From Leptospiraceae bacterium (GTDB lineage: Bacteria > Spirochaetota > Leptospiria > Leptospirales > Leptonemataceae): a stretch of 64,000 nt of DNA. Positions within the stretch are counted from its first letter, which is position 1. The number at the start of each line of letters is the position of its first letter. The position numbers and the translations under genes were made by a program. Below are positions 19,130 to 28,952 of this stretch, piece by piece. The DNA is taken from assembly GCA_040217195.1 (NCBI GenBank), contig JAVJNR010000003.1, positions 416,001 to 480,000 on the forward strand, written 5' to 3'. Below the pieces are notes generated by a model. It saw only the letters and a list, made by a program, of their open reading frames with translations, was not told where the DNA came from and did no database searches.

Positions 19130-20026
19130 ATGAAACATCCGCAAAAGATATGGAAAGCACTACCGGTCTTTCTGTCACTGATCCTTGTATCAGGCTTTGA
19201 AAGTCTGAAAGCAGATATCATCCTTGGAGCCAGTGGCTCTTACAACGCGCTCACAGCCAGCCAGGAATACGGTGGATATAGCAAGGGCTTAAATACATTT
19301 GACGATGCTCAGACCGTGCATTCAGGCTCTGCCTCCTTCTTTGTGCAATCTTCTCCGGAGCCATTAATTCCCCATGTTTATTATTCCCCGTACTTCGATC
19401 TATCAACCCTACAACTGAGCACCTCGGATGCATATCTTCAAGCCACCACCGGCGAGGTGGGTATTGGGCTGTACCTTGCTACAGGAAATTTGTATCGCGG
19501 TAAAGTGGGATTCTTTCTGGGAATCGTGGCGGCTGGTCGTGTTTCTTCCCTGGAGGGCCAATTTAATTTTGGACGAAACACTCTATATGAAACCTACCTC
19601 AATACTGGTGAACCCGGCGGCCTGGACCATATTGATGTGCTGAACTATTCCAGAGATCAGGATGGAAATCTAAATCAAGAGCGAAAGGATAGGTACCTGC
19701 TGTTCAAAGCAGGAGTTCTTTCCAGAGAGAATTACATAATCACTGATATACTGCTTAATAGAAATGTGGACTTCAGAAGCCTGGGGGTCCTGGCCCTGCT
19801 GGGAAATGATCTAAACGATATCCATAAATTATACATGCTGGACAATGAGGCATCGGAAAAAAGCGACACCTTCTACGGTGCTGCTCCCATTATTGAGCTA
19901 GGGTATATGGGCGATCATTTTCTGATCAAATACAAAGCCGGCCTGCCCATGAGATATCGCACAGCGAAAGGGGCCATGTCCATAGAAACCCATTCATTGA
20001 CCCTGGGAGTCTTTTTTCAAATCTGA
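19130..20026 (+). CDS. Hypothetical exported protein, possibly an outer-membrane beta-barrel
   Basis: Signal peptide, alternating amphipathic strands, C-terminal HSLTLGVFFQI. Confidence 0.55.
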   Translation: MKHPQKIWKALPVFLSLILVSGFESLKADIILGASGSYNALTASQEYGGYSKGLNTFDDAQTVHSGSASFFVQSSPEPLIPHVYYSPYFDLSTLQLSTSDAYLQATTGEVGIGLYLATGNLYRGKVGFFLGIVAAGRVSSLEGQFNFGRNTLYETYLNTGEPGGLDHIDVLNYSRDQDGNLNQERKDRYLLFKAGVLSRENYIITDILLNRNVDFRSLGVLALLGNDLNDIHKLYMLDNEASEKSDTFYGAAPIIELGYMGDHFLIKYKAGLPMRYRTAKGAMSIETHSLTLGVFFQI

Positions 20027-20335
20027 ACGACCAGCAAAAAAATGATTACCCATTACCGTGAAAGAGAATCGAGCTGGCGATACCTCAATTCAGTCCTGCC
20101 AGATGAGCATTTGCTCGATCTTCCTTTGCGACGGTTCTAAGGTCCGGTCCCCTATAGCGGTGAGCCATGGTTGTCCATACACCGCCCTTAAGTATACCAA
20201 CCTCTGTAGCAGCCTACCATGCCAGTCCCTGCGGCCGATTGATAAGTTGTTCTCTCTGGCCGTCTAAAGTTCGATTCTAAGAGACCAAAGCAAGAGGAGC
20301 GTCCCGGGGTCTCGTTTGTTACACCAGGTCTGGTC

Positions 20336-21754
20336 TTAGATCGTTCTGGAGTAGCCTGCCCCGGTACTGGCCCGGGGTAGATGTGCATCAAAGCACATGG
20401 CAATGTTACGAATTAAGAATCGGCCCACGGGCTGAACTTCAAGTCCCGTGTCCCGGATCTTCAAAAGACCATCCGATTGCATGGATTGAAGGCTTCCGCG
20501 ACCGGTTTCTTCCAGCTCGGCGCGAAAGTACTGCTGAAAATCCTGATCCATTTCTCTTTTGAATCGATCAAAGCCCAGAAAGAAATGACACATTAGTTCT
20601 GTAATTACATGGCGACGGATCAAATCATCGTCCGTAAGCTCATAGCCACGAAGCACAGGCAAGGTTCCGGAATCCAGGGCTTCAAAATACTCTTTCTCTG
20701 TTTTCAAGCTCTGGCTGTAGGTTCGCCCCACCTGGCTGATCCCGGTGATTCCGTGTGCAATTAAATCCAATCCCTTCTTGGTACTGTAGCCCTGGAAATT
20801 TCTGTACAGATCACCGTGATCCTGGGCTCTGGAAAGCTCATCTGATTGCTTTGCGAAATGATCCATGCCTACGAAGCGATAGCCCCGACTGCAAATCCTC
20901 TGGACGGACCGGGTTAGAATCTCCAGTTTCTCACCCGCAGAAGGCAGATCCTCCGGATAGATCACTGAATGATGTTTGAACATCTGGGGTAAATAGGCAA
21001 AATTAAACAGTGCGATTCGATCCGGCTGCATCTCCAGAACTTGCTCCAGGGTGGCCGCAAAGCTATCGATCGTCTGCAAAGGCAAGCCGTAGATAAGATC
21101 GATATTTACGCTATCGAAGCCCAGAGACCTGGCATTTTGAACAATACCATTTGTAAGCTCCAGGGATTGGACACGGTTCACTGCTTTTTGCACCGCCGGA
21201 TTAAGATCCTGGAGTCCCAGGCTAATTCTATGAAAGCCCACATCCCTCAGAGCGCTTAAATGGCCTTCCGTTAACTCCCTGGGATCCACTTCGCAACTTC
21301 CTTCGAAATCCGCAGCCAGACTATAGCTGGAATGAATTGCATCACCGAGCTTCCGAATTTCATCCGGATTTAGATGTGTGGGAGTACCACCGCCCCAGTG
21401 TAATTGTTCCAACTTTCGCCCAGGTTGAAGGAAGCTTGCATTGAGTTCTATTTCTTGTATTAAATAGTCCAGGTAGCGCGCGATTCTCTCTCGATTATTA
21501 GACACAATCATGTTGCATCCGCAGAAAAAACATAGAGTATCACAGTACGGAATATGAAAATATAGGGATACATTTGAGCTGGAGGAACCCAGCGAAACCG
21601 GCTTCTTTCCGGCCAGAGCATCTGCAAAGTCACTGGACTTAAAGCCATCATGGAAGGCCGGCGCTGTGGGATAGCTTGTATAGCGAGGTCCAGCCCGATC
21701 ATACTTCTGGAGCAAATCAGCGTCTAGCTCTGGTAATGGAGCGAAACTGGACAT
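20336..21754 (-). CDS. hemN: Oxygen-independent coproporphyrinogen III oxidase
   Basis: GPRYTSYPTA, radical SAM CDTLCFFC, WGGGTP, GMDHFA, RNFQGYST. Confidence 0.97.
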   Translation of the reverse strand: MSSFAPLPELDADLLQKYDRAGPRYTSYPTAPAFHDGFKSSDFADALAGKKPVSLGSSSSNVSLYFHIPYCDTLCFFCGCNMIVSNNRERIARYLDYLIQEIELNASFLQPGRKLEQLHWGGGTPTHLNPDEIRKLGDAIHSSYSLAADFEGSCEVDPRELTEGHLSALRDVGFHRISLGLQDLNPAVQKAVNRVQSLELTNGIVQNARSLGFDSVNIDLIYGLPLQTIDSFAATLEQVLEMQPDRIALFNFAYLPQMFKHHSVIYPEDLPSAGEKLEILTRSVQRICSRGYRFVGMDHFAKQSDELSRAQDHGDLYRNFQGYSTKKGLDLIAHGITGISQVGRTYSQSLKTEKEYFEALDSGTLPVLRGYELTDDDLIRRHVITELMCHFFLGFDRFKREMDQDFQQYFRAELEETGRGSLQSMQSDGLLKIRDTGLEVQPVGRFLIRNIAMCFDAHLPRASTGAGYSRTI

Positions 21755-21762
21755 ACACTCAC

Positions 21763-21791
21763 ATTATAACAAGTATGCTAAGATCAAGCAA
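21763..21791 (-). promoter_or_regulatory. Sigma70 promoter of hemN (near-leaderless)
   Basis: Minus strand TTGCTT-N17-TATAAT with extended TG; the -10 ends 8 nt before the ATG; no SD. Confidence 0.65.
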
Positions 21792-21850
21792 TTATCCGTG
21801 TCATTTTCCAGAAGTTGCTGTTGATAACAGGTCTCATGTTCGAACAACTC

Positions 21851-21864
21851 TTGATGAGGTTCAA
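21851..21864. promoter_or_regulatory. FNR/Anr-type binding site
   Basis: TTGAT-gagg-TTCAA, a 9/10 match to TTGAT-N4-ATCAA, upstream of hemN. Confidence 0.55.
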
Positions 21865-21896
21865 TATTCCGCAAAAAGGCCAGGTAGAATGTAGTT

Positions 21897-22064
21897 TTCC
21901 GGACCGGTGCAGGACAGTAGATCCGCAAAAAATGGCTCCGAAGGCTGAGCTCATCCTGGTCTTATGGGTGAGCCCGCCCCACAAAAAGGGGCCCCTACTA
22001 TGGCTTCTGTGGATCATCAACGTTACTGCATAAAAAAAGGCCCCTCCGCGGAGGGACCTTTTTT
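21897..22064 (+). ncRNA. Candidate structured sRNA (unknown family)
   Basis: Nested stems TGCAG/CTGCA, GATCCGC/GTGGATC, GCTCATCC/GGGTGAGC, GCCCC/GGGGC; TAGAAT upstream and a terminator downstream. Confidence 0.45.
22032..22064. terminator. Bidirectional intrinsic terminator (ends the rho transcript on -)
   Basis: A7-GGCCCCTC-CGCG-GAGGGACC-T6. Confidence 0.85.
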
Positions 22065-22153
22065 CAATATTGTTACAAAATGCTGCCTGTGCTGCAATTC
22101 GTATCGGATTCTCCGTTCCGCCCTACCAGCTTTCTGGTGGGCGGAGCCTGAAA

Positions 22154-23617
22154 TCAGGGAGTATTCATGCTGGCCAGGAAGTCTTCATTTGTCTTGGCCG
22201 AACGCATCTTATCCAGTAAGAGTTCCATGGCCTCGGTAGTGGACATGGGACTGAGAGCTTTTCTCAGTACGAATACTTTGCTCAGAATTTCGGGCTCTAG
22301 AAGAAGCTCTTCTTTTCTGGTTCCAGATTTATTGATATCGATGGCCGGGAAGATCCTTTTATCAGCCAGTCTACGATCCAGATGAATCTCCATGTTACCG
22401 GTGCCTTTGAATTCTTCAAAGATCACTTCATCCATTTTGGAACCTGTTTCAATTAAGGCTGTTGCAATGATTGTCAGAGATCCACCATGCTCGATATTAC
22501 GGGCAGCACCAAAGAATCGCTTTGGCTTATGCAGAGCGTTGGAGTCCACACCACCGGAGAGAATCTTACCGGAGGTAGGGATAACCTGGTTATAGGCTCG
22601 GGCCAGACGAGTAATTGAGTCCAGCAGGATAACAACATCCCTTCCATGCTCAACCTGACGTTTGGCTTTCTCGATCACCATCTCGGCTACCTGGACGTGG
22701 CGGCTGGCAGGCTCATCAAACGTGGAGCTAACCACTTCTCCATCCACATTCCGGGCCATGTCCGTAACCTCTTCCGGTCGCTCATCAATCAATAGAACAA
22801 TAAGCACAACTTCCGGGTTGTTGGTTGTTATGGCATTGGCCACATTCTGCATCAGAATTGTCTTACCCACTCGTGGAGGTGCAACGATCAATCCCCGTTG
22901 GCCTTTTCCGATAGGTGTAAATAGATCAATTATTCGGGTATCCAGTTGTCCTGGATTCCATTCCATTACCAGTCGCTCATTTGGATACAGAGGCGTCAGG
23001 TTATCGAACAATATTCGACGTCCTACCTGATCTGGAGTTTCTCCGTTAACCGTATCCACGCGGAGCATGGCGAAAAATCGCTCGCTGTCCTTTGGAGGAC
23101 GAATTTGCCCTGTAATTGTATCTCCTGTGCGAAGACCCAGGTGACGAATCTGGGAAGGACTTACATAAATGTCATCGGGTCCGGACAGATAGTTGTAGTC
23201 CGGGCTTCTCAGGAAACCGTAGCCCCCCTCCTGCATCCTTTCCAGAGTGCCGGATGCATAAACGATGCCGTTTCGCTCGGCCTGCTTTTGCAGAATCCCA
23301 AAAATCAGGTTTTGCTTTTTAAGACCTGCTGTGGTTTCCACGCCCATCTCTTCTGCGATCCGCGATAGATCTTCAATGGGCATGGCCTTGATTTCGCTCA
23401 AATCGATGGGCGGTGGTGGTGGTTCGTTGGATTTTTTCTTATTGGGACTTTTGCGGCCATTGCGACCCTCGTCCTCATCAGAAAATCCATGATCGGCATC
23501 CATCAGCGCTTCCTGTTCAAGAAGCTCTTCTGTATCCGAAGGCGAGGATTTTTTTCGTCCGTTCTCCGAAGAGTTACGGGAAGATTTTTTGCGTGAAGTT
23601 TTTCTCACGGCAGGCAT
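22154..23617 (-). CDS. rho: Transcription termination factor Rho with a charged N-terminal extension
   Basis: [50 protein letters not shown]. Confidence 0.99.
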   Translation of the reverse strand: MPAVRKTSRKKSSRNSSENGRKKSSPSDTEELLEQEALMDADHGFSDEDEGRNGRKSPNKKKSNEPPPPPIDLSEIKAMPIEDLSRIAEEMGVETTAGLKKQNLIFGILQKQAERNGIVYASGTLERMQEGGYGFLRSPDYNYLSGPDDIYVSPSQIRHLGLRTGDTITGQIRPPKDSERFFAMLRVDTVNGETPDQVGRRILFDNLTPLYPNERLVMEWNPGQLDTRIIDLFTPIGKGQRGLIVAPPRVGKTILMQNVANAITTNNPEVVLIVLLIDERPEEVTDMARNVDGEVVSSTFDEPASRHVQVAEMVIEKAKRQVEHGRDVVILLDSITRLARAYNQVIPTSGKILSGGVDSNALHKPKRFFGAARNIEHGGSLTIIATALIETGSKMDEVIFEEFKGTGNMEIHLDRRLADKRIFPAIDINKSGTRKEELLLEPEILSKVFVLRKALSPMSTTEAMELLLDKMRSAKTNEDFLASMNTP

Positions 23618-23811
23618 ATGAACTCCTGTGGGATTGTGTCAGAGACATAATCGATGGTAGGTTTAGGTATAGCGCTGGAATAGAACGGAAAGCATCCGAA
23701 AACTCGCCCTTCTGGCGTGGTTAGATCAATCCAATGGATTACGTCTGATCTCGGGGATTTATTTGATCCGACGTTTGGCTTTTCCGCGAAGCTTAAGCCA
23801 GCGGTGCCTAT

Positions 23812-23839
23812 ATATTACTAAGGGCCCTTTCGGGGTCAA
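23812..23839 (-). promoter_or_regulatory. Putative sigma70 promoter of rho
   Basis: Minus strand TTGACC-N16-TAATAT, about 190 nt upstream of the ATG. Confidence 0.55.
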
Positions 23840-23885
23840 GAATTAAAAACAACAAAGATAAAAACGAGGGAATTGGAAATTCCCA

Positions 23886-24968
23886 TCAAAACTTGATATA
23901 AAGACGAGGATCCACCGGCTTACCGTTGCGAATCATTTCAAAATGCAGGTGAGGCCCGGTACTCATACCGGTGCTGCCGGATACTCCGATCTTCTGCCCG
24001 CCTTTCACAGTCTGACCCACTCGAACGTTGATTCGGCTTAAATGGGCATACAGGGTCTTCAGCCCGTTATCATGCTTTATAATAATAGCTCTACCATAGG
24101 AACCCATCCAGCCAGCATAGGTCACTACACCATTACGGGCCGAGCGTATGTGTGTATAGCGAGCGGCAATGTCGATTCCACCGTGAAACTGGCGGTACCG
24201 ATAAATGGGATGTATACGCCAGCCATAGCCACTGGTGGTCCTTCCCCAGACCGGTCGAAACCAGGTGGGAGGTGGTTCAGGCACTTTTGCATTTGGTAGA
24301 AAAATCGTTTCTCCGGGTTGCAACAAATCCAGGTTAGCCACATCCGGATTATCCCGACGGATATCATCCAGCTTAACGCTGTAGTACTGGGCTACTTTGG
24401 CTATTCGATCATTCTTTTTGATTTTATAGGTAAGTCCCGGACGATTGGGAATTGTTAGCTTTTGTCCCGGTCGGAGCACAGAGTTTACGCCCATTTTATT
24501 GGAACGTGCAATGAGCTTCATGGGAACCTTGAACTTTGATGAGATCTGGCTCAGGGTATCCCCATTTCTGACTGTATATTTGATTACTTTGCCGTCTTTT
24601 CCTTCCGGCTGATCTTCGGTAAGAAGCTTTTCTTTCAACGCATCCGATTTCTTCTCTAACTCTATAGGAGAGAGTTTCCCTTCCATCTTCTTCAGTTCTT
24701 CAACTTCTGTAAGATCCTGGGTGGTGGTGGCTGTGCCGGAATTGGAAAGTAGACTGAAAACGCCAAAGAATAGGACGGATAGGGCCAGAACACCCAGAGC
24801 CTGGTTTCGGATTTTGCCCAGAGCTAAATCCACTCGGCCAATTATGGGCCTGGTTTTCCCGGGAAATGAGTAGAGAAAGCTACCTCCGCCAAGATGAATC
24901 AGGGAAAAACGTCCCTGGAGCTCAAATCGGTGCTTGCTATGCCTATTTTTAAATCGGCGGTGGTGCAT
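23886..24968 (-). CDS. LysM-LysM-M23 peptidoglycan endopeptidase
   Basis: YTVRNGDTLSQI LysM; HGGID, YAHL and GPHLHFE M23 motifs; TM anchor. Confidence 0.95.
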   Translation of the reverse strand: MHHRRFKNRHSKHRFELQGRFSLIHLGGGSFLYSFPGKTRPIIGRVDLALGKIRNQALGVLALSVLFFGVFSLLSNSGTATTTQDLTEVEELKKMEGKLSPIELEKKSDALKEKLLTEDQPEGKDGKVIKYTVRNGDTLSQISSKFKVPMKLIARSNKMGVNSVLRPGQKLTIPNRPGLTYKIKKNDRIAKVAQYYSVKLDDIRRDNPDVANLDLLQPGETIFLPNAKVPEPPPTWFRPVWGRTTSGYGWRIHPIYRYRQFHGGIDIAARYTHIRSARNGVVTYAGWMGSYGRAIIIKHDNGLKTLYAHLSRINVRVGQTVKGGQKIGVSGSTGMSTGPHLHFEMIRNGKPVDPRLYIKF

Positions 24969-25006
24969 GCTATAGGATCAATCGGCCAATCAACAAAGTC
25001 CCGGCA

Positions 25007-25405
25007 TTATTTTTCCGGAGTTTTGACTGATCCGTAGGCCTCCTCTACGATTTTCTTCACATCTTTTTTCTGGCCGCCGGTGATATTCACTCGGCCCTGG
25101 GCTATGGTGCCCGGAGAAATATGCAGAATGGGAGACTCAATGTCGCCCATCATCTTGCCGGTCTTTTCCAGCCGCACTTCTTCTTCTGCCTTAATATTGC
25201 CAATCATGGTTCCGGACATAGTCACGTTTCGGGCATTGATGTTGGTCTTAACCTTTCCGGTCTCTCCAACATGGAGCTCATCTTCCGTTTTTATCTCCCC
25301 CTCGAATTTTCCGTCGATGCGAAGGGAGCCGGAGATATAAAATTTGCCCTCAAATATGGAACCGGGGCCAATTACACTGTTCAGCTGATCATTTCTGGTG
25401 GCCAT
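25007..25405 (-). CDS. Bactofilin (polymer-forming cytoskeletal protein)
   Basis: SVIGPGSIFEG, LRIDGKFEGEI, beta-helix repeats. Confidence 0.95.
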   Translation of the reverse strand: MATRNDQLNSVIGPGSIFEGKFYISGSLRIDGKFEGEIKTEDELHVGETGKVKTNINARNVTMSGTMIGNIKAEEEVRLEKTGKMMGDIESPILHISPGTIAQGRVNITGGQKKDVKKIVEEAYGSVKTPEK

Positions 25406-25544
25406 ACTGGCTCAGAGTCCCGAAGGCGGCCAATTTCCGCAATCAGATTTCAAATTTTAGGGCATTTTGGTCGCTTTTAATTGAACGAAACCGAATTTTC
25501 TGCCGTCCACTGCTCCTGGCGACCGCGCCTCCAGGCCCGAAGGA

Positions 25545-26117
25545 TTAATGGACAGCACTCGGTCCGGCCCGATGCACTACCCTCAAATAATACCAGAGGG
25601 CCAAAAAATCGTACAATCCGTGCACCAGAATGGCAACTAGAAGGTTATCGGTGTAGAGTAAACTCAGACTGAGTAGAAGTCCCATGAGTGCTGCAATGAT
25701 CCCATAAAGAGGCGTAACCCAATGCACCAGGCCAAACAGAATTGCAGTTATGGCAACGGCAGCCCAGACCCCCAGCCAGTCTGTAAGCCATAAATGAAAG
25801 AAGCCTCTAAAGAGTAGCTCTTCGCCCACCCCCGCAAGGATGGAAAGCCAGAACAAATCGCTTAAATGAAGCCCCTTGAACAGTGGTAATATGACCTGAT
25901 CCAGCTTGCTTCGAAGCAACTTCACAGAGGCCAAATTGAGTCGGGACAAAAGCAGAAACACCAAGAACATGGGAGCAATGGCGAGCAGACCTATGGAATC
26001 TATCCATCGATCCGGTTCTACATGAATCATACTCAAAGGCGGATAGTCGAATAGAAAGCCCAGCCCGATGGCCAGTAATCCCATGCCGCCTTCCACAAAA
26101 ACAGCCATGCGAAGCAT
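25545..26117 (-). CDS. CPBP family intramembrane metalloprotease
   Basis: EELLFRG, FGLVH and HGLYD motifs. Confidence 0.92.
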   Translation of the reverse strand: MLRMAVFVEGGMGLLAIGLGFLFDYPPLSMIHVEPDRWIDSIGLLAIAPMFLVFLLLSRLNLASVKLLRSKLDQVILPLFKGLHLSDLFWLSILAGVGEELLFRGFFHLWLTDWLGVWAAVAITAILFGLVHWVTPLYGIIAALMGLLLSLSLLYTDNLLVAILVHGLYDFLALWYYLRVVHRAGPSAVH

Positions 26118-26407
26118 GCTACCCTGATCTTTAAATTGCGATTGTTGTTCCGGTTCCAGATCTCTTTTCCGTTTCTTTCATGAATTGGATAGGTTCTACA
26201 GTTTGTCCGCCCCATGACAAATAGATACTAAGGACTCAGAGGGCAAAGTAAAAAAGAGATACATCCACTCTCCGAGCTTGCATTCGTTGCGAATTCATTG
26301 TCCAGTTCGATTCGCAGGCAATGACTGTGATATCCCAACAAATACTATTCAAAGAAGTGGACGCTGCCGGGGACAGAAGAAAAGCAGATTTGAGTCATAC
26401 AGAATCC

Positions 26408-26689
26408 TTACAGACACTCACCCAGTAAATAGTATCTACCTGAATTTCCAAAAACCCTGGCGGCTTCCTTCTGAAGATCCTTATCCATGGACATCATCAA
26501 CGGACGACCGTTACAGCTAAAACTGGCGGCTTCTTCAATACAACGTGAATCCACTTCCGGTCCGGCGCATTGTGTGATCACGAATTGACGATTGTTAATC
26601 ATCGCTTTACGTTGCTGCAGAGTGGGCCCGCAACTTCCCAGAAGACCAAGAACTAGCAAAATACCAGTTCCATTTAATATTAATTTCAT
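26408..26689 (-). CDS. Small Cys-rich lipoprotein
   Basis: LLGSC lipobox plus four Cys. Confidence 0.7.
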   Translation of the reverse strand: MKLILNGTGILLVLGLLGSCGPTLQQRKAMINNRQFVITQCAGPEVDSRCIEEAASFSCNGRPLMMSMDKDLQKEAARVFGNSGRYYLLGECL

Positions 26690-26815
26690 ATCAATACTTT
26701 CTGGCTGAATACAACGATGTCAATTCCTTTGAGCAGCGGAGTATTCAGTCTTTTGTGAAACTATTGGAAGATTGGAATTGCGAACAATCAGTCTGGAGGC
26801 AGGCAAAGAATTGAT

Positions 26816-28831
26816 CTACCACTGAGCTGGCAATTCAGGACGACGCAGGATGCCATCCTGGAGTGTTTTGTTCACAATCAGAATGTTTTTTCTGGCTCTG
26901 GAAGCAGCACGACTTTCAGCACGGGTCAACATCTCATTGTACAGAGCAATTGCATCGTTAAATTCATGATCCTGAATATGCAGGAAAGCCCTCCGTTCCA
27001 GAACCGTTCCAATATCCATTGAGGACAATCTAGTGCGCACATCACCCAGCCTTTCATCAACGTCTGGCTGTTCAATGTATAACAAACGATAGTATTGTCT
27101 TCGGACCTCCGGATCATCCGATGTTCGGAGCTCTTTTTTCAAGGTCAGGATTCTCTCCTTTAGATCCGTCTGTTCCTGAACAATGCGGTCCCTTTCCTGC
27201 TCCACCTGAAAATAGATCTGGCGAGCTTCATCCAGACCGGCTTTCTCTTCATTCGTTCTACGAATTTTTCGGTTTATTTCAGAGAGATGATTCTGGATGC
27301 GAAATCTGATCCTCTGTCTTTCCATTTCCAGGCGAAAATCGTCCTGTCTTGCATCAGGCACCTGTTGTAGCACCTGATTGTACAGCTCCATACTCCGTCG
27401 GTACTTTCCTGTGTGCTGAAAGTACAGTTCAGCCAGATGATACTTTGCCTGCTCATTTCTGGATAGTAAGCCTTTTCCATCCTGATCTGCTCCGGCCCGG
27501 TTCAATAGCTCTTCATAGATCTCAATGGCCTTCAGGTATCTCCGCTCATCGGTGTAAAGACCCGCAAGATTACTCATCCGAAGGTTAATTCTTTCTGGAT
27601 CAACAGAACCAGGATTCCTTTCATTTCGCTGTCTGGCCAGTTCCAGAAAGCGTTTCTCGAATTCGATGGCATAGCCTGTCTTTCTGCTTCTGGAATACTC
27701 TTCTGACAGTGCCTCCAGAAACTTTAGTCGATCTGGATCGATGCGATGAGCCAGCTCCAGAAGAATGCCGTAACCGACGAAATTAGATAGCTCCGTTCTT
27801 TCCGGAACCGTGGGTGAATCGCCGTAGAATTGAGACTTTTGAGTTAGCCGTTGATGCTGCTTATTTTCCTTTTCAATTTCTCTGGTAATCTCTGCCATTC
27901 GAAATACCAGATCGCCGCTTTTTTGTTCCCGGTCCTCTTTGTAGGCCCGGTAACTGCCTGTACGAATGGCTTCCATCCGATCAACAATGGCCTGCATCTG
28001 GTTTTCCATTTGTTGCAATCGCTGCTCTTCCGCCGCCGGGTCTGCCTGTCCCCCTCTGAGCAGTACAGATCGAGCCACAGCCGATTGCTTTCGTTGCTGA
28101 TCCAGATCTTTCTTGAGCTCCACATATTGGTCCATTAGATTACGAAATCGATTAGCATCGGCAGCCCACTGATTGTTGGGCTCCTGCTGAATGCGATCTG
28201 AGTTGGCAAATCCGTCCAGCATGGATAGATAGATCCTCTCCCGTTCTTCCGAAGTCAGGTCCCGATCTTGATCCCGTACAGGAAGAAGAGCGCTGTATGG
28301 AATTTCCACCGGATTGTAGCGAAAGGCCTGATTGTATTCCGAAAGAGCCCTTCTTAGATCCCCCTGTCTTTCGTAGCATTGTCCCAGCAATACATGTAAT
28401 CGATATAGATAGGGCGAATATCCAAGAAAATAGCGAGCTCCTGGTTCCTTCTGACGAGCCAGACGGACCAATCGCACAAGATTCACATCCCAGTGCTCGA
28501 CTCCTTCCGGTATTTGCTGTCTTTCTATCTGGATTCTTTTCTCCGCAGAAAACTGAGATGTATACCGGCTAATTTGTCGCTCAACCTCTCCGGCAAGAGC
28601 CTCAAGAGGTTCCCCGCTCTCCAGCCGATTCTCCAGAGCTTCGATGGTGGCTCGGTCAAATATTTCATGCGGTTTTTGATACAGGGAGGCCGGGTTGCCC
28701 GGATCTTCTCCAGTTAGAGGCCACAAAGGCGCTCCAAATAGAAAAAGCAATGCCAGACCGCCTCCAGGCCCAATGAGCCTTTGCAGAGCCCGGCGGATCA
28801 AGCTGGCACGATTTTTTTCTACTTTGAACAT
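26816..28831 (-). CDS. Exported TPR / coiled-coil protein
   Basis: Hydrophobic signal, TPR motifs (LLGQCYERQGDLRRALSEYNQAF), coiled coils. Confidence 0.8.
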   Translation of the reverse strand: MFKVEKNRASLIRRALQRLIGPGGGLALLFLFGAPLWPLTGEDPGNPASLYQKPHEIFDRATIEALENRLESGEPLEALAGEVERQISRYTSQFSAEKRIQIERQQIPEGVEHWDVNLVRLVRLARQKEPGARYFLGYSPYLYRLHVLLGQCYERQGDLRRALSEYNQAFRYNPVEIPYSALLPVRDQDRDLTSEERERIYLSMLDGFANSDRIQQEPNNQWAADANRFRNLMDQYVELKKDLDQQRKQSAVARSVLLRGGQADPAAEEQRLQQMENQMQAIVDRMEAIRTGSYRAYKEDREQKSGDLVFRMAEITREIEKENKQHQRLTQKSQFYGDSPTVPERTELSNFVGYGILLELAHRIDPDRLKFLEALSEEYSRSRKTGYAIEFEKRFLELARQRNERNPGSVDPERINLRMSNLAGLYTDERRYLKAIEIYEELLNRAGADQDGKGLLSRNEQAKYHLAELYFQHTGKYRRSMELYNQVLQQVPDARQDDFRLEMERQRIRFRIQNHLSEINRKIRRTNEEKAGLDEARQIYFQVEQERDRIVQEQTDLKERILTLKKELRTSDDPEVRRQYYRLLYIEQPDVDERLGDVRTRLSSMDIGTVLERRAFLHIQDHEFNDAIALYNEMLTRAESRAASRARKNILIVNKTLQDGILRRPELPAQW

Positions 28832-28851
28832 GAAAATTAGTCCCTGATTTC

Positions 28852-28878
28852 GGTTCGGCTATTTAGACATCTACTTTA
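28852..28878 (-). promoter_or_regulatory. Possible sigma28 (FliA) promoter for the TPR gene
   Basis: Minus strand TAAAGTAG-N11-GCCGAACC versus consensus TAAAGTTT-N11-GCCGATAA. Confidence 0.35.
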
Positions 28879-28952
28879 AAAGAAAACAATCCATTCCATG
28901 CGTCCATTAGACAAAGGAAAGGCAGAACCGTAAAAACATCCGATCTTGAATT

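Noticed and set aside
21897..22064. Assignment to 6S, SRP, tmRNA or a known riboswitch
   Set aside because: Apical stem too short for 6S; no SRP helix-8, tmRNA-end, SAM, TPP, cobalamin or c-di-GMP consensus recognised
21676..22239. Short ORFs in the hemN-rho gap
   Set aside because: Mutually overlapping, no RBS or recognisable motif; some cross the terminator or promoter elements
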